Source: Eledone cirrhosa
Lineage: Eukaryota
Reading direction: 5' to 3'
Assembly: GCA_964016885.1 (NCBI GenBank)
Contig: OZ024742.1
Span: forward strand, 175,026,001 to 175,090,000
DNA: 64,000 nt
Part shown: positions 10,481-23,109 of the stretch, one piece after another
Numbering within the stretch: the first letter of the stretch is position 1
How the letters are laid out: each line of letters starts with the position of its first letter
Translations under genes and position numbers: made by a program
Notes under the pieces: generated by a model
Seen by the model: only the letters and a program-made list of their open reading frames with translations
Told to the model about the DNA's origin: nothing
Database searches by the model: none

Positions 10481-11267
10481 GGTATAGTTACACATCAAAT
10501 CTGATCCCATGATTAATATGAAAACTGGCATGGGCCTTGAATTACTGACCCTTGTTTTAGAAGGAAATGTTGCCTTAGTATACTTGTGGTCATTGTATAA
10601 ACACTTTAAAACAAAGAATTTTGCATCTTATAACCAGGTGTGGTTTCAGATGTGTTTGTAGCAAAGGAAAATCCCAATGTGGACAATCTACCTGTTAGAA
10701 AACACAGCCAAATCTCTATTAAATCACACTCTGTCATTAATAAAGAATAGAAAACGCATTTGATAATATACTCTTAGACACACAAATGTTGAACTTATGA
10801 TGGAATAATCATGGCTAGAAGACTTTTGATCATAATGAAATTTTTGATCGATCCTTTAGAAAATTCAGTTTGGAATTTACATTGGAAATTTCACCCATTT
10901 ATCTTCTTTTTCTGACACATCACAAAAAAGGTGAAAATATGTTTTGTTTCTCAACCTACTCATGCCTATGCAAGTAAAACTATTCTACATGCCACCACCA
11001 TAAATGAAACTTAAAGGTCAGTTCACATTCTGATCCTGGCTGGCTGGACGGAAGAAGGCATTGTCTTGGAGGATGGCGAGGGAGACACCCTTGAACAGCC
11101 ATGCCTCCTAATAGGGCTTGCACTTGATCATCTGTTCAGAGGGGGCACATTGGATGATATTGTACTTAGGTATAATATTCTTTTATTTTGTTTTCAATAA
11201 CTGGATCATGGCCATTTTCAAGCACCAATGTCAAATGTAGTGAACATCATAAGGAGGTAGCTTTTTT

Positions 11268-11625
11268 GGGGCACCACATACAAAGAGGGTGGCCATTGTG
11301 GGAAACAACATTCAAAGATTGTGACCAACATGTAGCACCATATTGAAAGGTGGTGGTTATCATGGGGCACCACATTCAAAGGTGCTGGCCATTGTGTGGC
11401 ATCATATTGAAAAGTGCTGGTTATCATGTGGCACTGTATTTAAAGATGGTGACCATCATGGAGCACCATATTCAAATGTGATGGCCATCGTAGGACACCA
11501 CTTTCAAAAGTGATGACTATCCTGGAGCACTGCATTCAAATTTAGTGGCCATCCTGGAGCACCACATTCAAAGGTGGAGATCATCCTAGAGTGCTGGCCA
11601 TCATGGTGTACGACCTTCAAATGTC
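11268..11625. repeat. 32-bp minisatellite, about 11 diverged units
   Basis: GCAC-anchored units at 11271, 11335, 11367, 11399, 11431, 11463, 11527 and 11559; consensus approximately GGAGCACCACATTCAAAGGTGGTGGCCATCAT. Confidence 0.85.
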
Positions 11626-12541
11626 TTTTAGTCAACACTAGTATTTATTTTGAGCATGGAATTGGATGATAAACAACTGAAAAATGAAACATGCAAGGAT
11701 CACAACTCCAATTCCTTTTATCATAGGTTTCCTGGATCAGCATTGACATGGGATTAAAAAATTAATAATAACCAAATGGTTAAATAATGTTTGCTACTTT
11801 CTAAATTGGTGCGTCCTATTTCTATTCAAATTTTGTTTGTGATAAACATAATTGTCATTTTTAGGGTGGGGTGATGAATTGGCAGAGTCAATTGATCTTT
11901 AGATAAAATGCTTTGCAGTATTCATTTGAGCTTTCTGTGCTTTAAGTTCAAATCCCACTGAAGTTAACTTTGACTTTCAAGGTCAATAAAAAAGAGTACC
12001 AGTCTAATACTGGCTCGACTCTTTCTCTCTATCTTACTTGTTTCTCACCTCATTTCTATCTATCTCTCCTTCTCTGTGTTTAAACCTGGAAAGTAGATGT
12101 GCTCCACCAGTTTTTTAATGCCCCCAAAATGCTGTACATTAATACAGTACTTCCATGACTCCATCTGAAGTTATGTGTAAATACCTAGTTGATATCCTTC
12201 AGGTAGATAAATCAATTTCCTGCTTTTGAGTTTACAGCAATTTAGATGTTTGTCTATCTATAATATGTTTATTCTGGATTCAATCACACCATGTAGCATC
12301 CTTTGTATGTTTTATTATATCATTAAGTTGAGCAATGCCATATTATATTATCAACATCATTTCATCTTTGTGTGGGTTGAGGCGACATCATCTTGCTCAT
12401 ACATTCCATATTGACATGTTTTCTATGGCTGCATCCACTTCCTAATACCAATCACCTCAATGGCATAAATTGACCCATGTACATATGTATAATAAACATA
12501 CATAGTCTTTCTATGAGTATTTTAAGCTATATTCATGTCAT

Positions 12542-12627
12542 AGCTACCTCACTATTGGGGTAAGTAAGTAGCTGATGAACTGTAACAACTGTGAAATGCA
12601 TGATTTTACTTCATTCTTGAGGTAGCT
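12542..12627 (+). ncRNA. Decayed minimal hammerhead-like motif inside a hairpin
   Basis: CTGATGA (12572)..GAAATGCAT (12593), enclosed by a perfect AGCTACCTCA/TGAGGTAGCT inverted repeat; proximal stems imperfect. Confidence 0.35.
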
Positions 12628-12950
12628 CTAACATCTTTACATTTGATATATTGACAGCAAGAGTAAATATACATTAACCATATGAAATCATATTTTAATA
12701 GAATTGTATATAAAGGACAGTAGTTCCTATTGAGTATGGACTTGATATATAAAGTATGGATTGAATATACAGTGTGGAAAACTTAATGAAAAACTGGAAG
12801 TTTCTTAGATTATTATAAACAATTGCTAGCAGAGAAAACAGTCATTTAAAATAATAGTGTTGATGAAAATGATAAATATTTTAGAGCACATTTGTAGTAT
12901 AGGAGTGGTTTCAGGTAGTGGTTTGGTATTAATAGTTAACTGTCAGATCT

Positions 12951-12953
<3 letters not shown>

Positions 12954-13032
<79 letters not shown>
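12954..13032. repeat. (GA)n microsatellite
   Basis: About 39 perfect units. Confidence 0.98.
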
Positions 13033-13034
<2 letters not shown>

Positions 13035-13682
13035 ATTTAGCTCTACTGCTTCAATTGAGTTAATCAACAGACCTATTGAGGAGAGGGAGTAACTGAGCTC
13101 AACTGCTTAAACTGATATTAACAGCATGTGTTTAATGTATGTGTAAAGTGTTATGAGAATTTATATTGAATTTTAATAAATTTCAAATAGGAAATTTATT
13201 TACAATAAATGGCTAATAAGGACTAGATATGATTTATTAAATTGTTGTTTTATGATTTTGGTGTTTTCTGTACTATATAAATATAATGAGAGAGGGAAAG
13301 GCGAGAGATGCTGAGTAAGAGAAATATAAACAGAGAGAGAGAAAGAGGGAGAGATTAAATGATAGTGAGTGTAAATGGGTGAAAGAAACAGAGAGAGAGA
13401 TAAAAAAGAAAGAGGAGAGTTAGAGATTGAGAGGGAGAGAAAATGAAGATATGTAGAGCAAAACACAAAATGGAGAGATAGACAGTGTGTATGTGAGAGA
13501 AAGAGAAAGTAATTAGATAGAAGAGCAGAAAATAAAAACAGGTGTGGAGAGAGAGGGGTAAAGAAAGAATTAATTGAATATAGTTTAAAGACCTGCATAT
13601 TTTCAGAAAATGTTAATTGTGTGAGTGAAATTTAGTAGATGGAAACTGTGTGGAAGCCAATCATGTATGTATATATATGTGT

Positions 13683-14125
13683 CATCATCATCATCATCAT
13701 TTTACGTCTGCTTTTCCCTGCTTGCAAGGGTGGGACATCATCGTTTAATGTACACTTCTCTTGCTAACAAGGGTTGGACAGGTCTTCATAAGTCAGTACT
13801 GAAACGGGACTACTGACATCCTAGACAAGCTGGGGTTCTGTATCTTGCTTATATATAGACTTACATTTTACCAAGTGCATAGGAGAGGTTGTTATATCTT
13901 TAACACAACTGTCGAGTTCTCGCAACCCTTTGTTTGGCCAGCTTTCTAAGAATGGATGCCCTTCCTGTCACCAACCACTTTACAGTCTGTACTGGTTGTG
14001 TTTATCATATAGATCACCAACACAGCTGAAAGATCATACCAATCGTTGTTTAGGCACACAACAGGAAGCCCTTTCTGTTGCCAACCACCTTATAGGGTAT
14101 CCAGGGTGCATTTTCGTGGCACCAA
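13683..14125 (-). mobile_element. Decayed RTE-3'UTR-type SINE/LINE tail fragments
   Basis: (TCA)n tail, TTTTACGTCTGCTTTTCCCTGCTTGCAAGG and GGATGCCCTTCC motifs shared with the RTE 3' UTR at 53430-53725. Confidence 0.65.
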
Positions 14126-14919
14126 TGCTAGAGAGGTTGTTGGTCTTTGTCTCATTGAAAGAACACTCTCTGCTCTGTGAACATGTGATTGAAGTGATAG
14201 AAGGGAGATAAGCATGAAGGTATGGCAAGTGTGATATGATTAGACAGGGTGATGAGTGGGGAAGGGAAAGGGGCGACATTTGATAGAATATCCTCCTTAT
14301 GAGGTCCTATTTATGGCATTGATTTATGGCCATATGTCCTTTGTGGAACCAACTCTTTTAGTCACCTCATATGGCACAAAGAGAATATAGTGTAATATAT
14401 TTCTAAACCAGACACACATGTGTATTTTAGTATACTGTTTGTTTATGTATGTAACTTAGCAGTTTGGCTAAAAGTGTTTGATAAAATAAGTACCAGTGTT
14501 GAAAAATAAAATCAAGTGCCAGGGTTTTATATGCTAATTAAACCCCTTTAATTTAGTGCTCCAGCATGGTCACAGTCTAATGAATTTTAAAAAAATAAGA
14601 GTTAGTTATGCGAGTTGCCAGTTAACACATTTGTTACCATATTTTTAATGAAATATACTGCCAATGTCTTTCACTTAATTATCAAAATAATAAAAGTGTT
14701 TAGAGAAATTTAGTAAAATAACAAGTAAACAAGTGTCTGAAATATTATGAAAAATTTCTTACACAAAATTATGATGAAAAGTTTTAATATAAGTATGAAT
14801 ACATTGACCTGCCTAAAACTGCTCCTTGATTCATAAAACAAAAGCACCCATTTTAAAGTGTTTTTTTTTTTTACTTACATTAAGATCTAACATAATTTTA
14901 TGTTAGAACAATATCTTAA

Positions 14920-15140
14920 CCCTTTAGCATTTATACCGGCCGTATCCGGCCAGAATTCTCTCACCTCTTTCTGTTCAAACCGGCTATAACCGACTACTCA
15001 GACTTATGTTAAAATATTGTTCTCAAAATAAATAATATCAAAATCTCATAGATTCGATATTAAGTGAGATAATTATGTGAGGTAAAGCCTTTACTGTGAA
15101 AATATAATAGTATATATAGAATAATGTAAATGCTAAAGGG
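14920..15140. mobile_element. piggyBac-type MITE, 221 bp
   Basis: 14-bp TIR CCCTTTAGCATTTA/TAAATGCTAAAGGG with TTAA on both sides (14916-14919, 15141-15144). Confidence 0.9.
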
Positions 15141-16289
15141 TTAAACCTTTCATTAACATTCTGACATTTAAGAGAGATTTAGTAATATAACTAATTTCTT
15201 ATTAAGTTGGTGTTTGGAATAACAACAAAGGTTCTTAGATAGGTAGGTTTTTAGATAAATATATACATTTAAAAATATATTGATTTGTATCATAAAACCA
15301 ACAGTGATTTTAAACAGTTTCATATTAAATATTAATGAAATAATTAATAATTTGAATAAATCCCAACTAAGTTTTCATAAATTATTTCAAATGCATTGTA
15401 TTTCATTAGAAATATAGTATGTTTAAACTGGCAATATTGTATCATATAACTGGATTTGTTGTCAGAGGTGTTGGTACAAAAAGGGTTATTAGTAAGCTGG
15501 TAAGCTGCTGTTTGGAACATAATATAACAAAGGTTCTCACATAAAATTATGATAGAAGTGTTTTAGATAATTATAAACATTTCAAAATCTACTGTTTTCT
15601 ATCATACATCCTGGGATGGTTTCAGGTAGTTACATATCAAATGGGTTAAATCATAAAAAATTATATGATCCTGAGCAAGTAACCCAGCAATAATATAAAG
15701 CATTTGAAAATGTTCAAAATATGAATAAATTTCAAGTTGTAGGTTTTTTGCACTGACAGTGTTATTAGCCATGGGCTATTTCATTTTTACAAACATGTTT
15801 TATATGCATTTGCCATTTAGTTTTTTGATGTGTGTATATATGTATATACATTCATACTGTCTTTGTGTGTATGTGTTTTTGTGGTTTATATTTGATTGTG
15901 TTTTGTTCATTTGCATGTGTATGTTTTTTTTCTGCTGTGTGTGCACTTGATTTTGTGTATATGCATGCCTCTTAGTAGAATTCATATGCTTAGTCATGGA
16001 CTTATATGTGTTAATCCAGTCTAATAATACACACACACATACACATGAATACTCTCTTATATGTTTGCACACATGTATACATACATAAATACATAGACAA
16101 GAACATGTAATTACATATAAATACAACATAGATTAAAACTAAAGTCTGAAAATAACAGGCCAATTTTGATGAGAGTAGGGAAAGAAATGAATCATACTTA
16201 TATTAAACGTTATTGATCCTATCACTGGTGACTATATGAAAATATGTGATAGCATGTATTAGATTAACAATACCTCTGGATGATTATAG

Positions 16290-16860
16290 TACAGCCTATA
16301 AAAAGCATTCAGTACACCCTGTAAACTGGTAGTGTTTGTGCCACAATTATAAACACCTAGTTGACCCTGTAAAGTGGTTGCACTGGGGACAAAATAAAAA
16401 GCACCAAGTACACCCTGTAAAGCGGTATTACTGGAAATATGGTAAAACATACCCACTCCACCATGTAAAGTGGTAGTGTTGATGCTACTATACAATGCAC
16501 CCCGTCAATCCTGTAAAGTAGTAGTCCTGGTGCTAAGTTAATATACACCCATCCACCATGTAAAGTGGTAGTGATGGTGCTACAATAGAACACACCCAGT
16601 CCACCCACTCAAGTGGTAGTGATGGTGCTATGATAAAACATACACAGTACACTCTCTAAAGTGGTAGACCTACTGCAACAAAAATGTACTCATTACAGAA
16701 CGTAAGTTGGTTGGGGGCTATGAAGGGGATCTGGTAATAGAACCACACCAAATATAGAATGTATGAGCAAAATAAGGTTACTCTGATCTGTCTGGACACG
16801 AATCATGACAACTTGTCTAACATGGAATATGGACATAAAAACAATGATGATGATTATATT
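16290..16860 (+). repeat. ~48-bp tandem array (about 8 units) running into an RTE-type tail
   Basis: CAGTACACCCTGTAAAGTGGTAGTG..GGTGCTACAATAAAA units; tail ends ATGATGATGA near 16850. Confidence 0.8.
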
Positions 16861-17994
16861 ACAGCTACTATTACTTTGACAGAACAACATAAGCAACCTG
16901 GATGAATAATAAGGAAAAGAAAGAAGCTGATCGTCAGATCAGACCAACAAAGCAAGCGTGCCATAGGCCTTTCACATGCTGATACTATCTTGCAGTCACA
17001 ATTTCTGGCAGAAGGAGAAATAAAGTATTTTTCTCAATACACTGCCCAGTCTATGAATGTAACCCATGAATTTATAATGTGTCTAACTTGTACTGCAAAA
17101 GGGTCTATTTAATTTCCAAGATACTTTTGAACTCCACTATCCAAACAGATTTGAATGAAGCATCCCAGATTTTGTAGCTATGCACAGAAATAAGCATACA
17201 TGCCAAATTATTGATGGTTTTAGTCAAAGGGACCATAACATATTATTTTAAAAAATTGAAAAAAATAACAAAATATATTGACTTGCAGATCGAAATGACA
17301 CAAATGGGTTCAATAACATCGAATAACAACAATATAATTCCGGTTCTCATTGGAGTTTGGGCTCAATATTACTAAAAGTGAGGGGTGTCTTAAGCAAATT
17401 GACTTCAAATCACAAATTGCTCTCTGACAAAGGACTACCCTGTTGGACACAGCATAGATACACAGCAAAGTCTAAAGTCCTAATTGAGACTCAATAGGTA
17501 GAAGATCCAATGATTATCATATTTACTGAAAACCATATATAATATTGATGATAGTGATAAAGTTAATAACTATAACAATAAAAACAGCAATAATATCAAC
17601 AACTAAAAAACCACACATGATCAATAACAACAACAAAAATAGCAATAATGATAAAAAAACATCGACAGCATTAATAACAGCAACCACGACAATAATGACC
17701 AGTGATATCTGATTTAGGCACAAAGCAAAAAATATTGGGAAAAGAGGAAAATCAATTAAATCAACCACTTTGATATTACTGGTGGTTTACTTCATCAACC
17801 TCGTAAGGATGAAAAGCAAAGCTAACATCAATAGGATTTGAACTCTAAAAGATGGAGATTGTTGTTCTTGAATCCCTTAGCTAAGGCACTCACTTGGCAT
17901 CTTAGAGATTTGGGGTTTGATTATCACATGTGCCACAATCCACGTTTTTCTGTTACCAGCGATATTTTAATCGATTTTCTCAATTATAATATAA

Positions 17995-18529
17995 TCTAAA
18001 CTATAATAAAGTAAGGAGCGTAGGACTGCGTACAGTTTATAATTTTTTATCCCATAAGTAAAATAAGTTTGATTACTTTGAATAAATAATTGTTTCTAAT
18101 TTAGTAGATAAATTATGTAATATTCATTCATTACTTTGAATAAATAATGAATGAATATTACATAATTTATCTACTAAATTTCGTGGCTGTTGATTAAATA
18201 TATTTTGTTTACTTAAAGATTCACTTCTTTAAAATTTCTGAAATCTCAACACATCCGGTTGGCCATCGGTTAAATAAACATACTAATTTTCTATCACTAA
18301 TTTTCTCCTAATGCAGTTTATATATAGTATCGTCTATTTTAATGGTTTACGTTATTGATTAAATAAGACAGTGTAACGCAGTCTTTGTTCAATTTCTATT
18401 TATTATATATTGTCAATTACAATTTTACTTGATGTATCATATCTACATGTATATATACCTGCGTATAATATCAATATACACACTACACATGCTAGCAGAA
18501 AACCACCCGAAGAGTGGTTTTTCTGCTAG
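17995..18529 (+). mobile_element. Non-autonomous Helitron family H, copy A
   Basis: 5' TCTAAACTATAATAAAG; 3' hairpin CTAGCAGAAAACCAC..GTGGTTTTTCTGCTAG; sits between host A and T with no TSD; four more copies in the window. Confidence 0.8.
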
Positions 18530-18539
18530 TTATCATAAT

Positions 18540-18724
18540 TGTTTCTACTTTAGGAACAAGGCCAGCAATTACCCAGTGCATTACTGGTACTTTATTTTAT
18601 CGACCCCTTAAGGATGAAAGGCAAAGTCAACCTCGGCAGGATTTGAACTCAGATCGTAAAGGGACGTAACTATGCTGGAAAGCATGGCGTCCGACCCTCC
18701 ACCGATACTGCCAATCCACCGCCC
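18540..18724 (-). mobile_element. SINE family A, full length
   Basis: GGGCGGTGGATTGGCAGTATCGG head, B-box; near-perfect TSD TAGTTAT(C/T)ATAAT. Confidence 0.9.
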
Positions 18725-18914
18725 TAGTTATTATAATGATCAACTATTATTATAGTCATTCACATTGGGATAACTACATTTCAAATTTTCTGAATATTTC
18801 TTAAGTCAACCTGATGTACATGTTTTATTCTATTTTTTCTTTAACATTAGTTTTCTCATTTTAATTTTTTAAATTTTATTATTAATTATATGTATTTTAA
18901 TATTTTTCTTATTA

Positions 18915-19368
18915 ATGGCAATGGATTGGCAGTATCAATAAAGCGCTGGACAACATGCTTTGCAGCATATAGTTACGTCCATTTACGTTGTAAGATTAAA
19001 TCCCCCAGAGATTAGATTTGCCTTTCATCCTTATGGGGGTCAATAATGGTTTCTTATATAGGAACAAGGCCAGCAATGTTGGGGGAGGGGAAAGTTGATT
19101 AAATCTACCCCAGTGTGTGACTGGTGTTCTTTATTTTATTGACCCAATAAGGATGAAAGTTAACATTAACCTCGGCAGGATTTGAACTCAGATAATAAAG
19201 GGCTGTAACTCTATGATGTAAAGCATGGTGTCTGACGCTCTAACGATTCTGCCAATCCACCGCCCTTATGGGAATCAATAATGCAAAGTACCACTATTGC
19301 ACAGGAGTTGGTATATTTGACTTTTCACTTCCCTTCAAATTGCTGGCCTTGTGCCAAATTAGAATCAA
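18915..19368. mobile_element. Nested SINEs: plus-strand copy interrupted by a minus-strand copy (~19047-19264)
   Basis: CTTATGGG..TCAATAAT is duplicated on both sides of the inner copy. Confidence 0.75.
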
Positions 19369-19948
19369 TGATAAAAGTTACATAAACAATAAAAACAATA
19401 AAGAAACCATTATTATTTTTATGTTTATTTTCATTTAAATCTTTATTTTATTATTAATTTTACTATTTTTATTATATTTTAATCTTATTACTATTGTTAT
19501 TATTTTTACTATCTTTATATTATTTTCATTTATCTAAAAAAGAAATTCTCTATGTCCTGGAATTGTCAAGATTTTAAATCCAGTAACTTCTATTTGAACA
19601 TTATCCATGCTAGTGTGTAATCACGTGGCCCAATAGGAAATAGAAACGAGGCAATTGGAATTGTTTTTCTTGCCAATATCGATCAAAAAGACCTGCTGAA
19701 GCATATAATAGCATTATCTGTAAATTAAAGAAGACCATATGCTATCTCAACTGAATTGGAAGAACTCACTACTGATGTAGTAGTGTCATTGCTAGATGGA
19801 TGAGGAGAGAAGAGGTAAAGCAGGAGGAAGAGGAGGAGAAAATAGATGAGAGAGGGTTGGAGGAGAAATAGGAGTCTGAGAGACGAGAGAAGGCAGTGTT
19901 AAGTGAGTGTGAAAGAGAGGATTCACCCCACCCCCAACACACACATGC

Positions 19949-19979
<31 letters not shown>

Positions 19980-20758
19980 CACACACACACATATATATAT
20001 ATATGTATGTATACATTTATGCCTCCTGAAAATGTGAATCTAGCAAATTACAGGATGTTTAATAACATTTCCATTCAGACTGCCACAAGCAGATGGATTC
20101 ACAAAAAATAATGATTGGTCTGGGGTTGGAAAATCAAATTTTCTACCCATATGAAATTGTTTTTCTCAGTAATCAACCCCCTCCTCTTACCTGCCGCTCT
20201 TGTTTGTCACTTCAATTGCTGCCACTTCCGCAGCACCAGGGCTTTGTTGTACTTTCTAGCACCAACTTGGTGCCAAGAGGACGCATTTTACTTCTCTCTT
20301 GGATCTGAATGTCTGTTTATCTAATTTGTTCATTTTATCAAGCAAATATCATACCAAGAGAACTATTTAATTTTCTGTTGCCTGAGCCCGCAATTATATG
20401 TGGTACTTCCAAGTTAAATTGTGTGAAACCACAGCCGGTCATCCATTTTCATCCTTTTCTCCTGTCTATCTATCACTTCTGTGAGACAACCGACTTCTAG
20501 CTGCTGATTTCTGTCCTTTGGGTTAATTTTACTCGATGCTGTTATTGACAGTATTTTGGTGTTTTAACAGCTATTCTTGAACTGAGTTTTTCTCTTTATT
20601 CTATATATATGTATGTTTTAAATGCATATATATGTATATATAAATACATACATACACACACACATATATATAGTAATAATAATAAATTTGAAGACTAAAA
20701 GCCAAAGAGGGCTCGATAAGGCTAAATATATATCAAATATATAAGAACCGTAGAGCAA

Positions 20759-20870
20759 ATATTTATTAAAATAACAGATTAAAGTTTAAGCAAAGAATCG
20801 CTGCTTTCACCCTTAACGGTGAAAGCAGCGATTCTTTGCTTAAACTTTAATCTGTTATTTTAATAAATAT
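20759..20870. repeat. Perfect inverted repeat, 53-bp arms, 6-bp loop
   Basis: 20759-20811 is the reverse complement of 20818-20870. Confidence 0.95.
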
Positions 20871-20885
20871 ATATATATATATATG

Positions 20886-21260
20886 AACTATAATAAAGCA
20901 AGGGCTGTGGGACAGCGTACGGTTTATTTCATTTAATCCATTTAGTAAAATAAGTTGGATTACTTTGAATAAATAATTGTTTCTACTTTTGGCACAAGGC
21001 CAGCAATTTTCCCAGTGCATAACTGGTACTTTATTTTATCGACCCTGTAAGGATGAAAGGCAATGTTAACCTCGATGGGATTTGATTTCAGTCCGTAAAT
21101 AAAAATAATTGTTTCTATATTAGGCACAAGGCCAGCAATTACCCAGTACATTACTGGTACTTTATTTTATCGACCCCGTACGAATGAAAGGCAAAGTTAT
21201 GATTGAATATTACATAATTTATGTGCTAAATTTTGTAAACAAATAATTTCGTAAAAATAA
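20886..21260 (+). mobile_element. Helitron family H, copy B (5' part), carrying two truncated family A SINEs
   Basis: AACTATAATAAAG start; SINEs at about 20978-21098 and 21110-21198 at the same internal site as in the other copies. Confidence 0.75.
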
Positions 21261-21419
21261 ATAATCTAAAATTGACTTCTTTTCAAAGTTGCACTTCCGG
21301 TATATCGTCGCCACCACCACCACTTCAACTACCATATATATAGAAAGAGAGAGTGTGTGATGAGAGAGATAATGATTTTGTACACACTGACGCGTATGAG
21401 TGTGAACATACATACATCT

Positions 21420-21794
21420 ATACTTGAGAGGAGATTGGATGGCACATATACCCGCCTCTTAATGAGAGTGCAAAACCTATCCTGGAAACGACATCCCACC
21501 TTGTCTAAAATCTATGGCAAACTCCCTCGAGCCTCTGCCCTTCTAAAATCCCGGAGAGCTCAATTTGCTGGCCACTGTCACCGTGCCAGCAATGAAATCA
21601 TATCCGCTCTTTTGCTCTGGAACCCTGACTCCAGCCTGACTAGGAGTAGGAAGCTGACATTCCCTGACGTTATCTCTAGGGATACGGGAATCAGTAGACA
21701 GGACCTGGGGGTGGCGATGGGGGACAGGGAATTCTGGGGCATGAGAGTGAGATACATCATCTCGACAGTAGTCGATGAATGATGATGATGATGA
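21420..21794 (+). mobile_element. RTE-clade LINE 3' fragment (second family)
   Basis: LDGTYTRLL..RRAQFAGHCHR..LLLW..MGDREFW, then a stop and an (ATG)n tail. Confidence 0.8.
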
Positions 21795-22056
21795 TATGTA
21801 TGAGTATAACACTATTATGAGTTATTATGAGTATATAACTATAATCACGCAAACACAAAATTACAAAAATGCACTCTCACGGACATAATTCACACAAATA
21901 TTCATACATTCACACATACATTGACACAAACACATACAGTCATGATAGCGTTGGATTTAATTGGAAATGGGAGGGTAAAACAAGTATAACGTTTTATTTA
22001 TTTATTAACTCTTTATTTATTTATTAATTATTTTTTTAAAAACTCATCTAATATAA

Positions 22057-22928
22057 CTAGCAGAAAAACACTCTATGGGTGGTTTTCTGCTAGCTTGTGC
22101 AGTGTGTATATTGATATTATACGCAAGTATATATGCATGTAGATATGAATCATCAAATAAAACCGTAATTGACAATATACACAGACATTGAACGAAGACT
22201 GTGTTACACTATCTTCTGTAATCAGTAATCCATAATACATTAAAAAAAAACACGATATTATATATAAACTGCATTAGGAGAAAGTTAGTGACAGAAATAT
22301 ATGTATATTTATTTAAACGATCGCTAACCGGAAGTGTTGACATTTGAAATTTTAAAGAAGTGAATATTTAAATAAGTAATAACATATATTTAATGAACAG
22401 CCACGAAATTTAGTAGATACATTGTAATATTCATTCATTATTTATTCAAGTGAATTGGCAGTATCGGTAGAGGGTCGGACGCCATGCTTTCCAGCATAGT
22501 TACGTCCCTTTACGATCTGAGTTCAAATCCCGCCGAGGTTGACTTTGCCTTTCATCCTTACGGGGTCGATAAAATAAAGTACCAGTAATGCACTGGGTGA
22601 TTGCTGGCCTTGTGCCTAAAGTAGAAACAATTATTTATTCAAAGTAAGGGGTGGTGGATTGGCAGTATCGGTAGAGGGTCAGACGCCATGCTTTCCAGCA
22701 TAGTTACGTCCCTTTACGATCTGAGTTCAAATCCCGTCGAGGTTTACTTTGCCTTTCATCCTTACGGGGTCGATAAAATAAAGTACCAGTAATGCACTGG
22801 GTAGTTGCTGGCCTTGTGCCTAAAGTAGAAACAATTATTTATTCAAAGTAACCCAACTTCTTTTACTAAGGGGGATAAAAAATATAAACCATACGCAGTC
22901 CCGCGTTCATACTTTATTATAGTTTAGA
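22057..22928 (-). mobile_element. Helitron family H, copy C, with two tandem family A SINEs (22450-22629, 22648-22833)
   Basis: Same TC/CTAG termini; ATTATTTATTCAA(AGTAA) repeated at 22437, 22630 and 22834. Confidence 0.85.
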
Positions 22929-23109
22929 TTAAGCACTGTTGTAAGCACATTGATTAGATATATATATAAATGTAATAACATATAAATTATGTTGGATGCA
23001 GACACACACACACATATATATACATATATATTTATATATATACACACACATACATACCACACCACAACGGCCACACACATATATCTATACATACATAGAC
23101 ATATATATA

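Noticed and set aside
11020-11172. GC-richer open stretch ending in AG|GTAT, a possible host exon
   Set aside because: Weak acceptor, no recognisable protein, no partner exons; may be an antisense TE fragment.
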